Origin: a virus
Virus record (IMG/VR): IMGVR_UViG_3300009506_000016
Span: 13,566 to 77,565 of that record
Strand: one strand, 5' to 3'
DNA: 64,000 bases
The translations under genes were made by a program, and so were the position numbers. Positions 30,662 through 39,263 of this stretch are shown here, piece by piece. The notes beneath the pieces were generated by a model. The model ran no database searches, was not told the DNA's origin, and saw only the letters and a list, made by a program, of their open reading frames with translations. The stretch's first letter is position 1. Each line of letters begins with the position of its first letter.

Positions 30662-30785
30662 ATTATCTGTCTCGTGGGTGATGCGCCTATCACCCACTTA
30701 TTCCATTCCGCACCGCAACCAACTTGAAGGAGCTTGACCAAGGAGATCCCGGCGGCGCTCACCGGTGAGCCTTGCTAAGTAATAA

Positions 30786-30916
30786 TCTGGTAATGTATTT
30801 GATCACCATGTTTAGCGTCTTAACCACTTAGACCACACGGAGCCTCGGCTCACAGGTTGGGATTCGAACCCAAATATCTCTGCCCAAGTCAGATAACAGT
30901 GATCTTCCGTACCAGA
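30786..30916 (-). ncRNA. Y-RNA-like array unit 3, YrlA-type permuted tRNA mimic
   Basis: UCUGGUA/UACCAGA and GAUCACUGU/AUGGUGAUC scaffold; T-arm UUGGG-UUCGAAU-CCCAA, capped stem, then D-arm GUCU-AAGUGGUUA-AGAC. Confidence 0.8.
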
Positions 30917-30930
30917 AAGATTCAATAATA

Positions 30931-31074
30931 AAGTGGTAATAAAAGTAGGCTGGACATTATTTTTCCTCTGCCATTGAGCTACACACGGATCTTCTTTTTC
31001 CGCATGACGGGATTCGAACCCGCAACCTATTGTTGTTTATACAATTGAGATAACCCAACCAATCCGTACCACTT
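30931..31074 (-). ncRNA. Y-RNA-like array unit 2, YrlA-type permuted tRNA mimic
   Basis: AAGUGGUA/UACCACUU scaffold; T-arm GCGGG-UUCGAAU-CCCGU, loop-closed acceptor CAUGCGGA/UCCGUGUG, D-arm UA-GCUC-AAUGGCA-GAG. Confidence 0.85.
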
Positions 31075-31091
31075 AAGTTTTCAATGTTCTG

Positions 31092-31159
31092 GCGGTATTA
31101 AGATTGCAGTCGATTTAAGAGTCTGTATACTTGTAGATAACCGACTTGCTTCGTACCGC
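31092..31159 (-). ncRNA. Y-RNA-like array unit 1 (short insert)
   Basis: GCGGUA-CGAA-GCAAGUCGGU-UAUC...AUCGACUGC...UACCGC. Confidence 0.7.
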
Positions 31160-31268
31160 ATCATCATAGTCGCTTGTGCCGTTGGGTTTGACTTAAGGAG
31201 GTCCATAGAGTAGCTAGAACTCGGGACAAGCGATGAACCGTTATTTGTTTTTGTTCTAGCATGTATAT

Positions 31269-31297
31269 ATTATACGACTATTCAGAATTATTGTCAA
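31269..31297 (-). promoter_or_regulatory. Consensus promoter driving the ncRNA array
   Basis: TTGACA-17-TATAAT, with no supported ORF for ~1 kb downstream. Confidence 0.85.
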
Positions 31298-31763
31298 TAG
31301 GCAATTTTTCTTGGTCGTTATCTTTCTGAGTAACTGACTTCATTGCTTTCTCATAACGATCTTTTGAGATAAATACAAGCTCGTTCTCAAAAAGAACAGC
31401 GAATTGAGGTCGATAGCCAGTTTTATCGTGATGCCAACGAGCAGACGAATGAATAAAACTGTCATCATCACTCCAATATTTATTAACAAAGCGATCATTG
31501 ATATCATCGCCAGCAATATTGACATAATCTTTATTACTAGCCGCGTAGTAAAGAAAGATATCATCAATCTTTGACGGAAGATCAAATTCATCATCCATAT
31601 TCACGTCAAGAGCTTTGCATAGGCCAGATAATTGTAACTGATACCAGTAAGGAATATATGGATCACGGCGATGCTTGTAGAGCGCCCGGATCAACAACTC
31701 CACTTCCTTTGACGACACTTTCTTTTCGCGTAAAAGCTGAATGGTTGCTCGATACTTTGACAT
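31278..31763 (-). CDS. Hypothetical protein
   Basis: AAGGA RBS before MSKYR. Confidence 0.6.
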   Translation of the reverse strand: MSKYRATIQLLREKKVSSKEVELLIRALYKHRRDPYIPYWYQLQLSGLCKALDVNMDDEFDLPSKIDDIFLYYAASNKDYVNIAGDDINDRFVNKYWSDDDSFIHSSARWHHDKTGYRPQFAVLFENELVFISKDRYEKAMKSVTQKDNDQEKLPIDNNSE

Positions 31764-31765
31764 AG

Positions 31766-32215
31766 CTATTTCCTTGTGAAGAATAGTTTTGAAAACCAAG
31801 AAAGATGAGTGCGTTTCTCATAACATTGTTTGCATACAAAGCGTCCATAGCTGTAATCAAAATCATTTAAAAGGTTTTCAAGCTGTTGTGGGCTATCAAT
31901 GCTAACGCTATCAATATGACCGCAAGAACATGGGTAACTAATAATGATTCCTTGTTTTTCATTCCAACCATGATATGTGAAATAATAATGATACATTCCA
32001 CCATCATTCTCAATAGAATTAACAGTATGCACAAACTGTATAGGATCAGAACCCTTAGTAACACGAATAACATCTGCTAAAGAGCAATCAAGAAAGTAGG
32101 CCAGATGCTTAAGTCGCTCAACGTATCGATAATCGTTTGACTTCTTTTGGTCGTAAACTGATTTATTCCACCATTTCTCAATACTTTGTTTGATTAATTC
32201 ACTCATATCTGGCAT
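31766..32215 (-). CDS. Hypothetical Zn-finger protein
   Basis: CSCGH...CKQC. Confidence 0.6.
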   Translation of the reverse strand: MPDMSELIKQSIEKWWNKSVYDQKKSNDYRYVERLKHLAYFLDCSLADVIRVTKGSDPIQFVHTVNSIENDGGMYHYYFTYHGWNEKQGIIISYPCSCGHIDSVSIDSPQQLENLLNDFDYSYGRFVCKQCYEKRTHLSWFSKLFFTRK

Positions 32216-33042
32216 TACGGTATCTCCCTAACTCTGTAGTGTTCAGGCCATTCTTCCGGGTCTGATCCGCTTGTTGATTTATATCCAAGTTTCTTAGCCA
32301 ATGCACTACCGGATTGTTTCATATAGAATGGAATCCCGTATATTGAGCATTGTAGCCAAGCGTACTTGGCCCATCCCCAATTCATTTCTCGTGCCTGTGG
32401 TCCGCTTTCGCCACCAACAATCACCCAATCTAACTTTGTGATCCAATCTTTGAAATTTATATAGGAAAGTAATGGCTCGGCGCTGATAAAGTTCTTTCCA
32501 GGCCACATTTCCAATAATATAGGTATACGTGCATCGGCGGTGTCTTGGTTTTCTGTAGTGATCCCGAGCCTTATGTGTAAGTTTCCATCAGGATCTTTGA
32601 TCCATCTTTCAGGAAACATGCGCTGTGCATTCTCGATTCGTTTCGTAAGAATCAGAAATTCAATGTATCCACCGGCTATTTCTCCGGCACGATCAAGAGC
32701 ATTCCACAAATCATTGCGCCACTCATCAGGAACTTCATCATCAAACACATCACTGAGTGATGAAACAAATACTCGGTGAAACTGCTTATGATCAAATGCG
32801 CATTTGGCCCATGTGAACACGCTATTATGCGTTCTCTCACTTGTTAATTTACGTGGTGCGCCCTTCCCCCAAGAGCCTTTATCTGTCCATTTGTAGTAAG
32901 TGTTTTGCCTTTCGGCGTAACAAAACTTACATCCGGGACTGATCTTTGTGCATCCAATCCACCAATTAAGTGTTGAACCGGGATGCCAAGATCCATCTTG
33001 CCGCTTTGTAGCGGTCCATCCTATCTTGGTTTCTTTTCCCAT
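32215..33042 (-). CDS. DUF5131 / phage Gp37Gp68-family protein
   Basis: TKIGWT, GCTKISPGCKFCYAE, VFVSSLSD, ILTKR, SAEPLL, WVIVGGESGP, FYMKQ. Confidence 0.9.
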   Translation of the reverse strand: MGKETKIGWTATKRQDGSWHPGSTLNWWIGCTKISPGCKFCYAERQNTYYKWTDKGSWGKGAPRKLTSERTHNSVFTWAKCAFDHKQFHRVFVSSLSDVFDDEVPDEWRNDLWNALDRAGEIAGGYIEFLILTKRIENAQRMFPERWIKDPDGNLHIRLGITTENQDTADARIPILLEMWPGKNFISAEPLLSYINFKDWITKLDWVIVGGESGPQAREMNWGWAKYAWLQCSIYGIPFYMKQSGSALAKKLGYKSTSGSDPEEWPEHYRVREIP

Positions 33043-33091
33043 GCGCCACCTATATTTTATTAGAAACTTCCCTATATAATATTATAACCTA

Positions 33092-33162
33092 AAGGATCAG
33101 ATCGAGTCGAACGATCATTGACGGCTTCAAAGGCCGGTGTCCTACCATTAGACGATGATCCT
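33092..33162 (-). tRNA. tRNA-Gln(UUG)
   Basis: AGGAUCA/UGAUCCU acceptor, D-loop AAUGGU, anticodon loop CUUUGAA, GAUCG-UUCGACU-CGAUC T-arm; no CCA. Confidence 0.85.
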
Positions 33163-33168
33163 TAAATT

Positions 33169-33468
33169 CTAGTATTCGCTTGGTAGCAAAATACAGGTTG
33201 AGCTTCTATCTGCCTCGGTAATAATCCATATCTTTGTATTATCATTGAGCAGATAGGCGGAAAGAATACGTGTTCCGCCGTTGATGGATTTGTTGTTTTC
33301 CTGCTTGTCAAAGGTTGACACAACTCCCCAATCACCAAGGGCATGTTTCATGAGGAATTCTTGTGGGCGCTGTTTTGCCTCATCAAGTGCATATTGAGCG
33401 CCTGTGGTAATCACTATTTGCCCAAGCGCGAACAACGGTTTTCTGGTATTAGGTATCTTTGGTAGCAC
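33169..33468 (-). CDS. Conserved hypothetical protein (F.LGQ.V.T.GA...H..GDWG family)
   Basis: Recognisable plasmid/phage family pattern, IWIITEADRS.T.ILLP.EY. Confidence 0.75.
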   Translation of the reverse strand: MLPKIPNTRKPLFALGQIVITTGAQYALDEAKQRPQEFLMKHALGDWGVVSTFDKQENNKSINGGTRILSAYLLNDNTKIWIITEADRSSTCILLPSEY

Positions 33469-34051
33469 AGTCGCTTACTCCATTATGGTCAGGGTCGCAG
33501 AGCATATTTTCAATGCCATTGACTCCATAAGGATCAGCCATATTGACAGGAACAATGAAGAATGTATCCAGCCGGGTTGCTTGAGCAAGCGCTTTTGTGA
33601 TCCCGGCCTTTACAGCGGTATTAATCGCCGCCGCGTCAACAATGGCCCATCCTTTGTTTTGTAAAAATGACACAAGATTGCTTACATCTTCGATGTCACC
33701 AAGCTGGCCGCGATTGAAACCGGCCATTGCTTTCAATTCCTCTATAGAAGTTATGGTTGTGAGTTTAGCGGAGTCCCAAGCATAGAACGCAACCCCTCTT
33801 TCTCCAATAGGCCACACAATCAAAAACTTCGTGCTTGATGGATCTACAATAATTGTGGACCACCATGCACCGCCCAAAGCACTCCGAACAAGGGCCATAG
33901 TCTGAAACTTTCCAATCTGGATCAATTCACCAGGAGATACAGCGTACTCAAGACCTGGAGCTTGCATTGCCGCAGAGCAACCGTATGATAAAATGACGGA
34001 TAGCAACAGAGCAACACGAAACACATGTGACATTACTTTATTCAATTTCAT
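33449..34051 (-). CDS. Putative lipoprotein
   Basis: Hydrophobic signal ending LSYGC (lipobox-like). Confidence 0.55.
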   Translation of the reverse strand: MKLNKVMSHVFRVALLLSVILSYGCSAAMQAPGLEYAVSPGELIQIGKFQTMALVRSALGGAWWSTIIVDPSSTKFLIVWPIGERGVAFYAWDSAKLTTITSIEELKAMAGFNRGQLGDIEDVSNLVSFLQNKGWAIVDAAAINTAVKAGITKALAQATRLDTFFIVPVNMADPYGVNGIENMLCDPDHNGVSDCATKDT

Positions 34052-34141
34052 TTCTCTATCCTTTCGTATCATGGTTTTGCTCTGCCCGGATTGCTCCGGG
34101 CAGTTGCATTAGAAGAAAGCGCAATATGATTAAGCTGAATT

Positions 34142-34678
34142 TTAGATCAGGCCAACCAGTTGCGTAAGGCTCGGCTTGACGACTGAGGAAAACGGCGATC
34201 CCTCAACACCATTTGACTTTGCGGCGTTTTCAGCAGGTCCAGAAACAAGATTACTAATCTTGTCATCCATGAATTTGTGGTATGGATCAGTGTCTTGACC
34301 TGACAACATGAAGATGAACGAGAACCTGTAATCATGGTATACCTGTTTTGGCACAAGACCTTTATTGGCCGGATGCGCACAATAGGCCATAATAGCTCGC
34401 TTGAGGGCCACCACTCTGCCAGTATAATCATCTTTTTCTTTCAATTCTCCTGGATGAAGAATGGCAATTCCAGTAAACGGAACACCGGTGTAAGCATTGC
34501 GAACAACGCATAACACAGCACGCCGAGTACCAACTACACGCTTCACGTTATGAATGCTTCTGAGATATTCGGGCAAAAAGTCGCCCAAATAATCAAACTT
34601 GATCTCAGTGAACGTCACAGCGATATGGCGCTTTAGATGACCCTCTCCGGTACGGAAAGTAACCACGTCACCAAACAT
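34142..34678 (-). CDS. Hypothetical protein
   Basis: AAGGA RBS; G.A..HP......Y.GR.VALKRA motif. Confidence 0.6.
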   Translation of the reverse strand: MFGDVVTFRTGEGHLKRHIAVTFTEIKFDYLGDFLPEYLRSIHNVKRVVGTRRAVLCVVRNAYTGVPFTGIAILHPGELKEKDDYTGRVVALKRAIMAYCAHPANKGLVPKQVYHDYRFSFIFMLSGQDTDPYHKFMDDKISNLVSGPAENAAKSNGVEGSPFSSVVKPSLTQLVGLI

Positions 34679-34727
34679 AAGATTATCCTTTCGTCTAATA
34701 TGAATAGAATTGTAACACGTACATATT

Positions 34728-34756
34728 ATTTTATATGAATAACATGCGCGTGTCAA
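34728..34756 (-). promoter_or_regulatory. Sigma70-type promoter
   Basis: TTGACA-17-TAAAAT. Confidence 0.75.
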
Positions 34757-34769
34757 TACCTAAGTTTTC

Positions 34770-36140
34770 TCAGGATGCTTCTTCAACGTCAACTGCGTTT
34801 GGATCTTCCTTGACAATACCCTCAAGAACCTGGAACGCATAGTTCTTCGCTTTGTAAGCACGAATTCCACTCGTGTTTTCTACGCGAATCACCACACCTT
34901 CCATCAAGTGACGTTTATCAAGAGTTGAACATCTATTGTCCAGAAACTTTTCGAGAATAACATTCAGAACACTGCTAACGTATGATTGTTCTTCATTTAC
35001 ATGAATATAAATCATTCTTAGAACAGGAACATGTTTCAGAAATAGCTCAGAGCATCGTTTCATAGTTTGCAACCACGATAACTCTGTCTCAATTCCATCC
35101 TCGTTTTGCACAGTGATGCGATACACGTAAAAGTCAAATGCTGGATTCATGCCACCATTATCATTCACGGTATTGCATCCGTATGAGTAAACCATTGGCC
35201 TACTGCCAATAACATCAAAAGGAAACTTAACAAACTTGTCACGTATTTCCTTTTGTAAATCTTTATCCTTGATTTTATCAATAGATTGAGAATTCATAAT
35301 CGGAGATCCGAACGTATCGAACCCGACTATCTCGTAGTATATGGTTTCCCCTTTGCGAAGTCTCCCGATCATTGACTTGTGAATTTGCCAGCGATAATGT
35401 TCCCTTCCAAGTCCAGTGATATCTTCACGGTTGTTGCATATCGTGTTTCGAGTACCGGTCACATATTCATACTTTTCTGTGACCACCGGTGCAATAACCT
35501 CACGCTTCAATACACGGTTTACCAAACTCGCAATCATTCCAAAGCGTTCATGCTGTGCTTTGACGAATCCTGTTCGTCCGCTTGTTCCATGAAGTTTCTC
35601 TGTAATGATGAAGAAAGATCCTGGTGGGATCGTGTCCATATAATACCGGATCTGCTCGGTATCGTAGTGCTTGTTGAGCATGTAATGATCCCTAACCTTT
35701 ACGGGTTTGTCGGATCTCGATTGGGCTTTGCGGGTGGCCTCTGTCACATATTTTGTACATATTGGATTTCCGTTTAGCTCGTTGAACGTAAGTCCTTGTA
35801 CAAGTTCTTTTGTACTACCGGTCCATTCGAACGCTGATATCTTAACGGCAAACCCTTCTGACTTCACGCCCCTGAACGGCTGGACCCTAACTCTCCTGGT
35901 ATCCTCAAAGAAACCAGTAACGGTTGTGTCTGCATTCTTGGTAGCATCCCTATAAAGATTGTTGTAGTGGCAAAACTCATGGGATAGCTGACCATCAGGC
36001 GGAAAGATAACAACAAGATCTCCGATATGGTAATCCTTACTAACAATGAAGTTTGCACCGTTGTATGGCAGAATCATAAGTCGATCAGCATTTGGGTGAT
36101 CGAGCAATTGATGAACGGATATGACGTGTGCGTTATACAT
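34770..36140 (-). CDS. ATP-dependent RNA ligase (DRB0094/Rnl2-like with N-terminal OB domain)
   Basis: HPNADRL N-domain; motif I TEKLHGTS; YYEIVG; FDFYVY; HVPVL; EGVVIR; YKAK. Confidence 0.85.
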   Translation of the reverse strand: MYNAHVISVHQLLDHPNADRLMILPYNGANFIVSKDYHIGDLVVIFPPDGQLSHEFCHYNNLYRDATKNADTTVTGFFEDTRRVRVQPFRGVKSEGFAVKISAFEWTGSTKELVQGLTFNELNGNPICTKYVTEATRKAQSRSDKPVKVRDHYMLNKHYDTEQIRYYMDTIPPGSFFIITEKLHGTSGRTGFVKAQHERFGMIASLVNRVLKREVIAPVVTEKYEYVTGTRNTICNNREDITGLGREHYRWQIHKSMIGRLRKGETIYYEIVGFDTFGSPIMNSQSIDKIKDKDLQKEIRDKFVKFPFDVIGSRPMVYSYGCNTVNDNGGMNPAFDFYVYRITVQNEDGIETELSWLQTMKRCSELFLKHVPVLRMIYIHVNEEQSYVSSVLNVILEKFLDNRCSTLDKRHLMEGVVIRVENTSGIRAYKAKNYAFQVLEGIVKEDPNAVDVEEAS

Positions 36141-36570
36141 CCTCGTTATCTCCTTTTTCTCCAACAGTACCAAGATCAACGGTTTGTCCTGGGGGTGCAT
36201 ACTCAACTCCGTAGTCCTCAAGAAGTTGTTGAGCATCATGGAATTCATTTAGAGTAGTTGTAAACGCAACTTTGAATGCCACCATCATTTCCTCAAGGCT
36301 CGTTTGTTGATGGACGCATTGGCTTGCGAGATACATGATCAATGGTCCGCCGCGTGCTAGTAGATCGGCCCACACCATCTCTCGCTCTACAGTGTCATCG
36401 AATACGAATTCGAGAAGTATTGTTTGGTCAAGAAATTCAACCGACCAAACTCGCTGAGGTTCCCCGTTAGAATCAATCCTGTCACTTCGGGTGACAATTC
36501 CTTCGCCCTCAGTGACAGGAAGATTACTAACTATTCTCTCAGCTAATTTTAAACTAGCTGGATCAATCAT
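36133..36570 (-). CDS. Hypothetical protein
   Basis: ORF coupled to neighbours. Confidence 0.6.
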   Translation of the reverse strand: MIDPASLKLAERIVSNLPVTEGEGIVTRSDRIDSNGEPQRVWSVEFLDQTILLEFVFDDTVEREMVWADLLARGGPLIMYLASQCVHQQTSLEEMMVAFKVAFTTTLNEFHDAQQLLEDYGVEYAPPGQTVDLGTVGEKGDNEDV

Positions 36571-36573
36571 TTT

Positions 36574-37617
36574 TTACCTTGTTTTCAGAATACGATTCAC
36601 GTCCTTGACACTAATTTCTAGTGCCTTGGCGATCAGTGGATTTGACTTGCCTTCATCTTTGAGTTCAAAGACTTTTGCGATGATACCGTTCTCGTCCTTT
36701 TCGGTGCTGTTTCCGTTACTTTCTTCCTCATCACTGTTGAGCGGTGGGATATCGTGTAAACGCATGATCATCTTTTGATCTTCTGTAAGCGTTCCGTCAA
36801 GAATTGATAACTCGTACTCATCAGGCATTTCATCAGAAGTAAGTGGCCGATTGCCAACCGGATCTTCCCAATAGCGTCTGATCTCTAACCAAGTGAAAGG
36901 TTTCATCTTGCGCGGCAAAACTGATACGATTTGGATACCATGATCGGTAACTTTCTGCCGTGAAATTCGCTTGAGGATCAGGCCAATAGGTTCTGGACCG
37001 TCCGGGTTATGGCGGAGATAGGCACGCAACAAAGTTTTTTGCGCCAACGGTAGCTTGCAATCCGGGATCATTTTACCAGTACGTCTACCAGCGATGTTCT
37101 CTGGTTTGAGGTGGGTTGTGAGAATGATCAACTTAGCGGCCTTTTGCAACCGGTTTAGGATAGAGGCTTCATAATTAAATGATTCTTTCCATTCCTCAGC
37201 ACCCTTGATATCACCTTTCGGTGACCACCTTGAGCGAAACTGAGTTGGGTTCATATTGACATACGGATGGAAAGTATTCTCGAACCGTGTCCACGTATCC
37301 CAAATAAGCACGTCAAACTTTGATCCACGTTCTTCTGACGCCACGATAAGCTCATCAATGATTTCAAGACATTTCTTATGGAAAGAAATTTCTTTGAGGC
37401 CCTCTCCTTCGGAGAATAAGTTTCGGTAGTACCCTAACTTGTGGCCCTGTTCGTTGATTTGTTCTACGGTCATCACACCTTTGATATCATCATCAATAAA
37501 GGCTGTGTTTTCAGGCATTGCCCCACTGCTGAAAGCAAACATGGTCTTTCCAGCATCGGGCTCGCCGGTCACATGGATTATTCCATGAAACAGAACAGGA
37601 TTAAATACATCACTCAT
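36574..37617 (-). CDS. AAA/RecA-fold ATPase (Sak4/AAA_24-like) with C-terminal HTH
   Basis: Walker A GEPDAGKT, LIWDT, ILTTH; SNPLIAKALEISVKDV HTH. Confidence 0.7.
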   Translation of the reverse strand: MSDVFNPVLFHGIIHVTGEPDAGKTMFAFSSGAMPENTAFIDDDIKGVMTVEQINEQGHKLGYYRNLFSEGEGLKEISFHKKCLEIIDELIVASEERGSKFDVLIWDTWTRFENTFHPYVNMNPTQFRSRWSPKGDIKGAEEWKESFNYEASILNRLQKAAKLIILTTHLKPENIAGRRTGKMIPDCKLPLAQKTLLRAYLRHNPDGPEPIGLILKRISRQKVTDHGIQIVSVLPRKMKPFTWLEIRRYWEDPVGNRPLTSDEMPDEYELSILDGTLTEDQKMIMRLHDIPPLNSDEEESNGNSTEKDENGIIAKVFELKDEGKSNPLIAKALEISVKDVNRILKTR

Positions 37618-37624
37618 ACCAATA

Positions 37625-38344
37625 TCATTCCTCTCTAATTCCAATATCGAGATTGAGGCCATCAGGCAACCCCAACCACTTCCGCGCTTCGGTTCTAACA
37701 AAGTGCCAGTTTTTATCCTTTGTTTTTTGAAGTTCTTCCCAATCTGTTAGAAACCAGAGAGCAGTTAACAGGTCATCACCAAGACCACGATCCTTGATCA
37801 TCTGGCGAATCACTTTTGCGCCTTTGATACCGACACCAGGAAATGTTGATAGTGTGAGTGTCCAATTCTTCTCAACCGTAAGTAGTGTGCGCGGGACAGT
37901 CGATGGAACAAGTATATCCACCGGTGTTTTCTTTGCGCAAATCTCCTTATCACGTTTTGAGAAATACAGTGATGACGGATTGCCATAGCTTGATAGACTT
38001 GTTCCGCCATGATCTACCCACGCATCTATCTTAATAACCATATCCTCATAGGATCTGAGTTTATGATCATCAAGTACAATCAATACAGATTGCCAGGGAT
38101 TAGATCCAAATTCTTGCATCTTGTGAAGATTGAATAACAACACATCGACTGTTCCTTCGCTTACATCAGGAGCATGAATAACGCGGTACAAGATAGCGCC
38201 AGCATCTACATGCTTTTTGATCATTGCGTCAGTCATCGGCGGGAATCCTTTTGGAGAGATAAGCACGTCAGCGCCACACCGCTTTTTTAATTCGGGTGAC
38301 TCCTTACCGTCTGGAATGTTATCTTCCAGATCGTAGAATATCAT
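37625..38344 (-). CDS. ERCC4-like nuclease-fold protein with HhH
   Basis: D.LE...GAD; LSTFPGVGIKGAK HhH. Confidence 0.45.
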   Translation of the reverse strand: MIFYDLEDNIPDGKESPELKKRCGADVLISPKGFPPMTDAMIKKHVDAGAILYRVIHAPDVSEGTVDVLLFNLHKMQEFGSNPWQSVLIVLDDHKLRSYEDMVIKIDAWVDHGGTSLSSYGNPSSLYFSKRDKEICAKKTPVDILVPSTVPRTLLTVEKNWTLTLSTFPGVGIKGAKVIRQMIKDRGLGDDLLTALWFLTDWEELQKTKDKNWHFVRTEARKWLGLPDGLNLDIGIREE

Positions 38345-38408
38345 TAGGATTCTCCTTGAAGGGGAGACTATAACGGCCTCCCCTTCTATTTATATATAGG
38401 GTTGAACG

Positions 38409-39215
38409 TTACGCGGTCTTTTCAATTTGTTTGATAGTGGAAACGGGAAGTCCATAATCGGATGCAATCTTGGTGGATTTGGTTCCACGACCCAATTCTG
38501 CACGAATCTCTTTAATGGTACTGGCCCAAGTTTCATCATCATAGCCTTCGGGCATGGGGATAGAAACTTCAACAGATTCAGCATCATCACTCTTTTCTTC
38601 AATGCCACAAAATTCAAGCGCGGCTTCCTTTGTGTCAAACAATTGCACAGGATACGCCACAAGCGGATACACGGTTTCCATTTGCGGATCTCCGTTGTCA
38701 TCGAATAGAGTGTTTCCATCTGCATCGCGTTTTTCTTGCGTGCGTGGCTTACCGCCCTTATCTTCATCCCAGGTAACAGCGGACCAATATTTACCAAGTT
38801 TATTGATTTCCAATTCGCGCAACTTAGGCGCTATGATCTTGGTATACATATCAGACGTTGGGAATAAGAAGAACCACCGGTCATTTTCCCATGAAACCTC
38901 ACGGTTAAGTACCGTATCTTTGTACAAGCGGATCATGAAAACGTTATAGGGGTTCTTTTCCAAGCCGTTAGCCACAACAAACTGATTAGCCTTAGCGCGT
39001 GCGGCCTTGATGCTTTCTTTGTTACCAATCGCATAGGGGAAGTAGGTTTCTTCCATTTCGAACCCATCGGCTTTCGTGGTAAACACTTTCCAAACGAATG
39101 CAATCTCAATCTGTAATACAGTACCACCGGAGCGCCCTTCCTTCTCGGCCTGTTCCATCTGTTCCCAAAAGTCCATAGTGGGTTCTTGGGAGTTATCCAA
39201 TAAATCTTGACTCAT
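38409..39215 (-). CDS. Putative ssDNA-binding/replication protein with C-terminal HTH
   Basis: Acidic, aromatic-rich; next to recombinase-like ATPase; STKIASDYGLPVSTIKQI HTH. Confidence 0.45.
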   Translation of the reverse strand: MSQDLLDNSQEPTMDFWEQMEQAEKEGRSGGTVLQIEIAFVWKVFTTKADGFEMEETYFPYAIGNKESIKAARAKANQFVVANGLEKNPYNVFMIRLYKDTVLNREVSWENDRWFFLFPTSDMYTKIIAPKLRELEINKLGKYWSAVTWDEDKGGKPRTQEKRDADGNTLFDDNGDPQMETVYPLVAYPVQLFDTKEAALEFCGIEEKSDDAESVEVSIPMPEGYDDETWASTIKEIRAELGRGTKSTKIASDYGLPVSTIKQIEKTA

Positions 39216-39263
39216 GTAAATCTCCTAAACAAACAGTAATGTGGATAAAAATTGACATATATA

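Noticed and set aside
30697-30780. Micro-ORF in the array spacer (...ARLTGERRRDLLGQAPSSWLRCGME*)
   Set aside because: No in-frame start codon with an RBS was found.
30786-31074. Calling units 2 and 3 ordinary tRNA genes
   Set aside because: T-arm precedes D-arm, there is no anticodon arm and the acceptor end is sealed.
30336-31159. CRISPR array interpretation of the repeated units
   Set aside because: No identical direct repeats, unit lengths vary 68-144 nt, conservation is structural, and no cas genes are seen.
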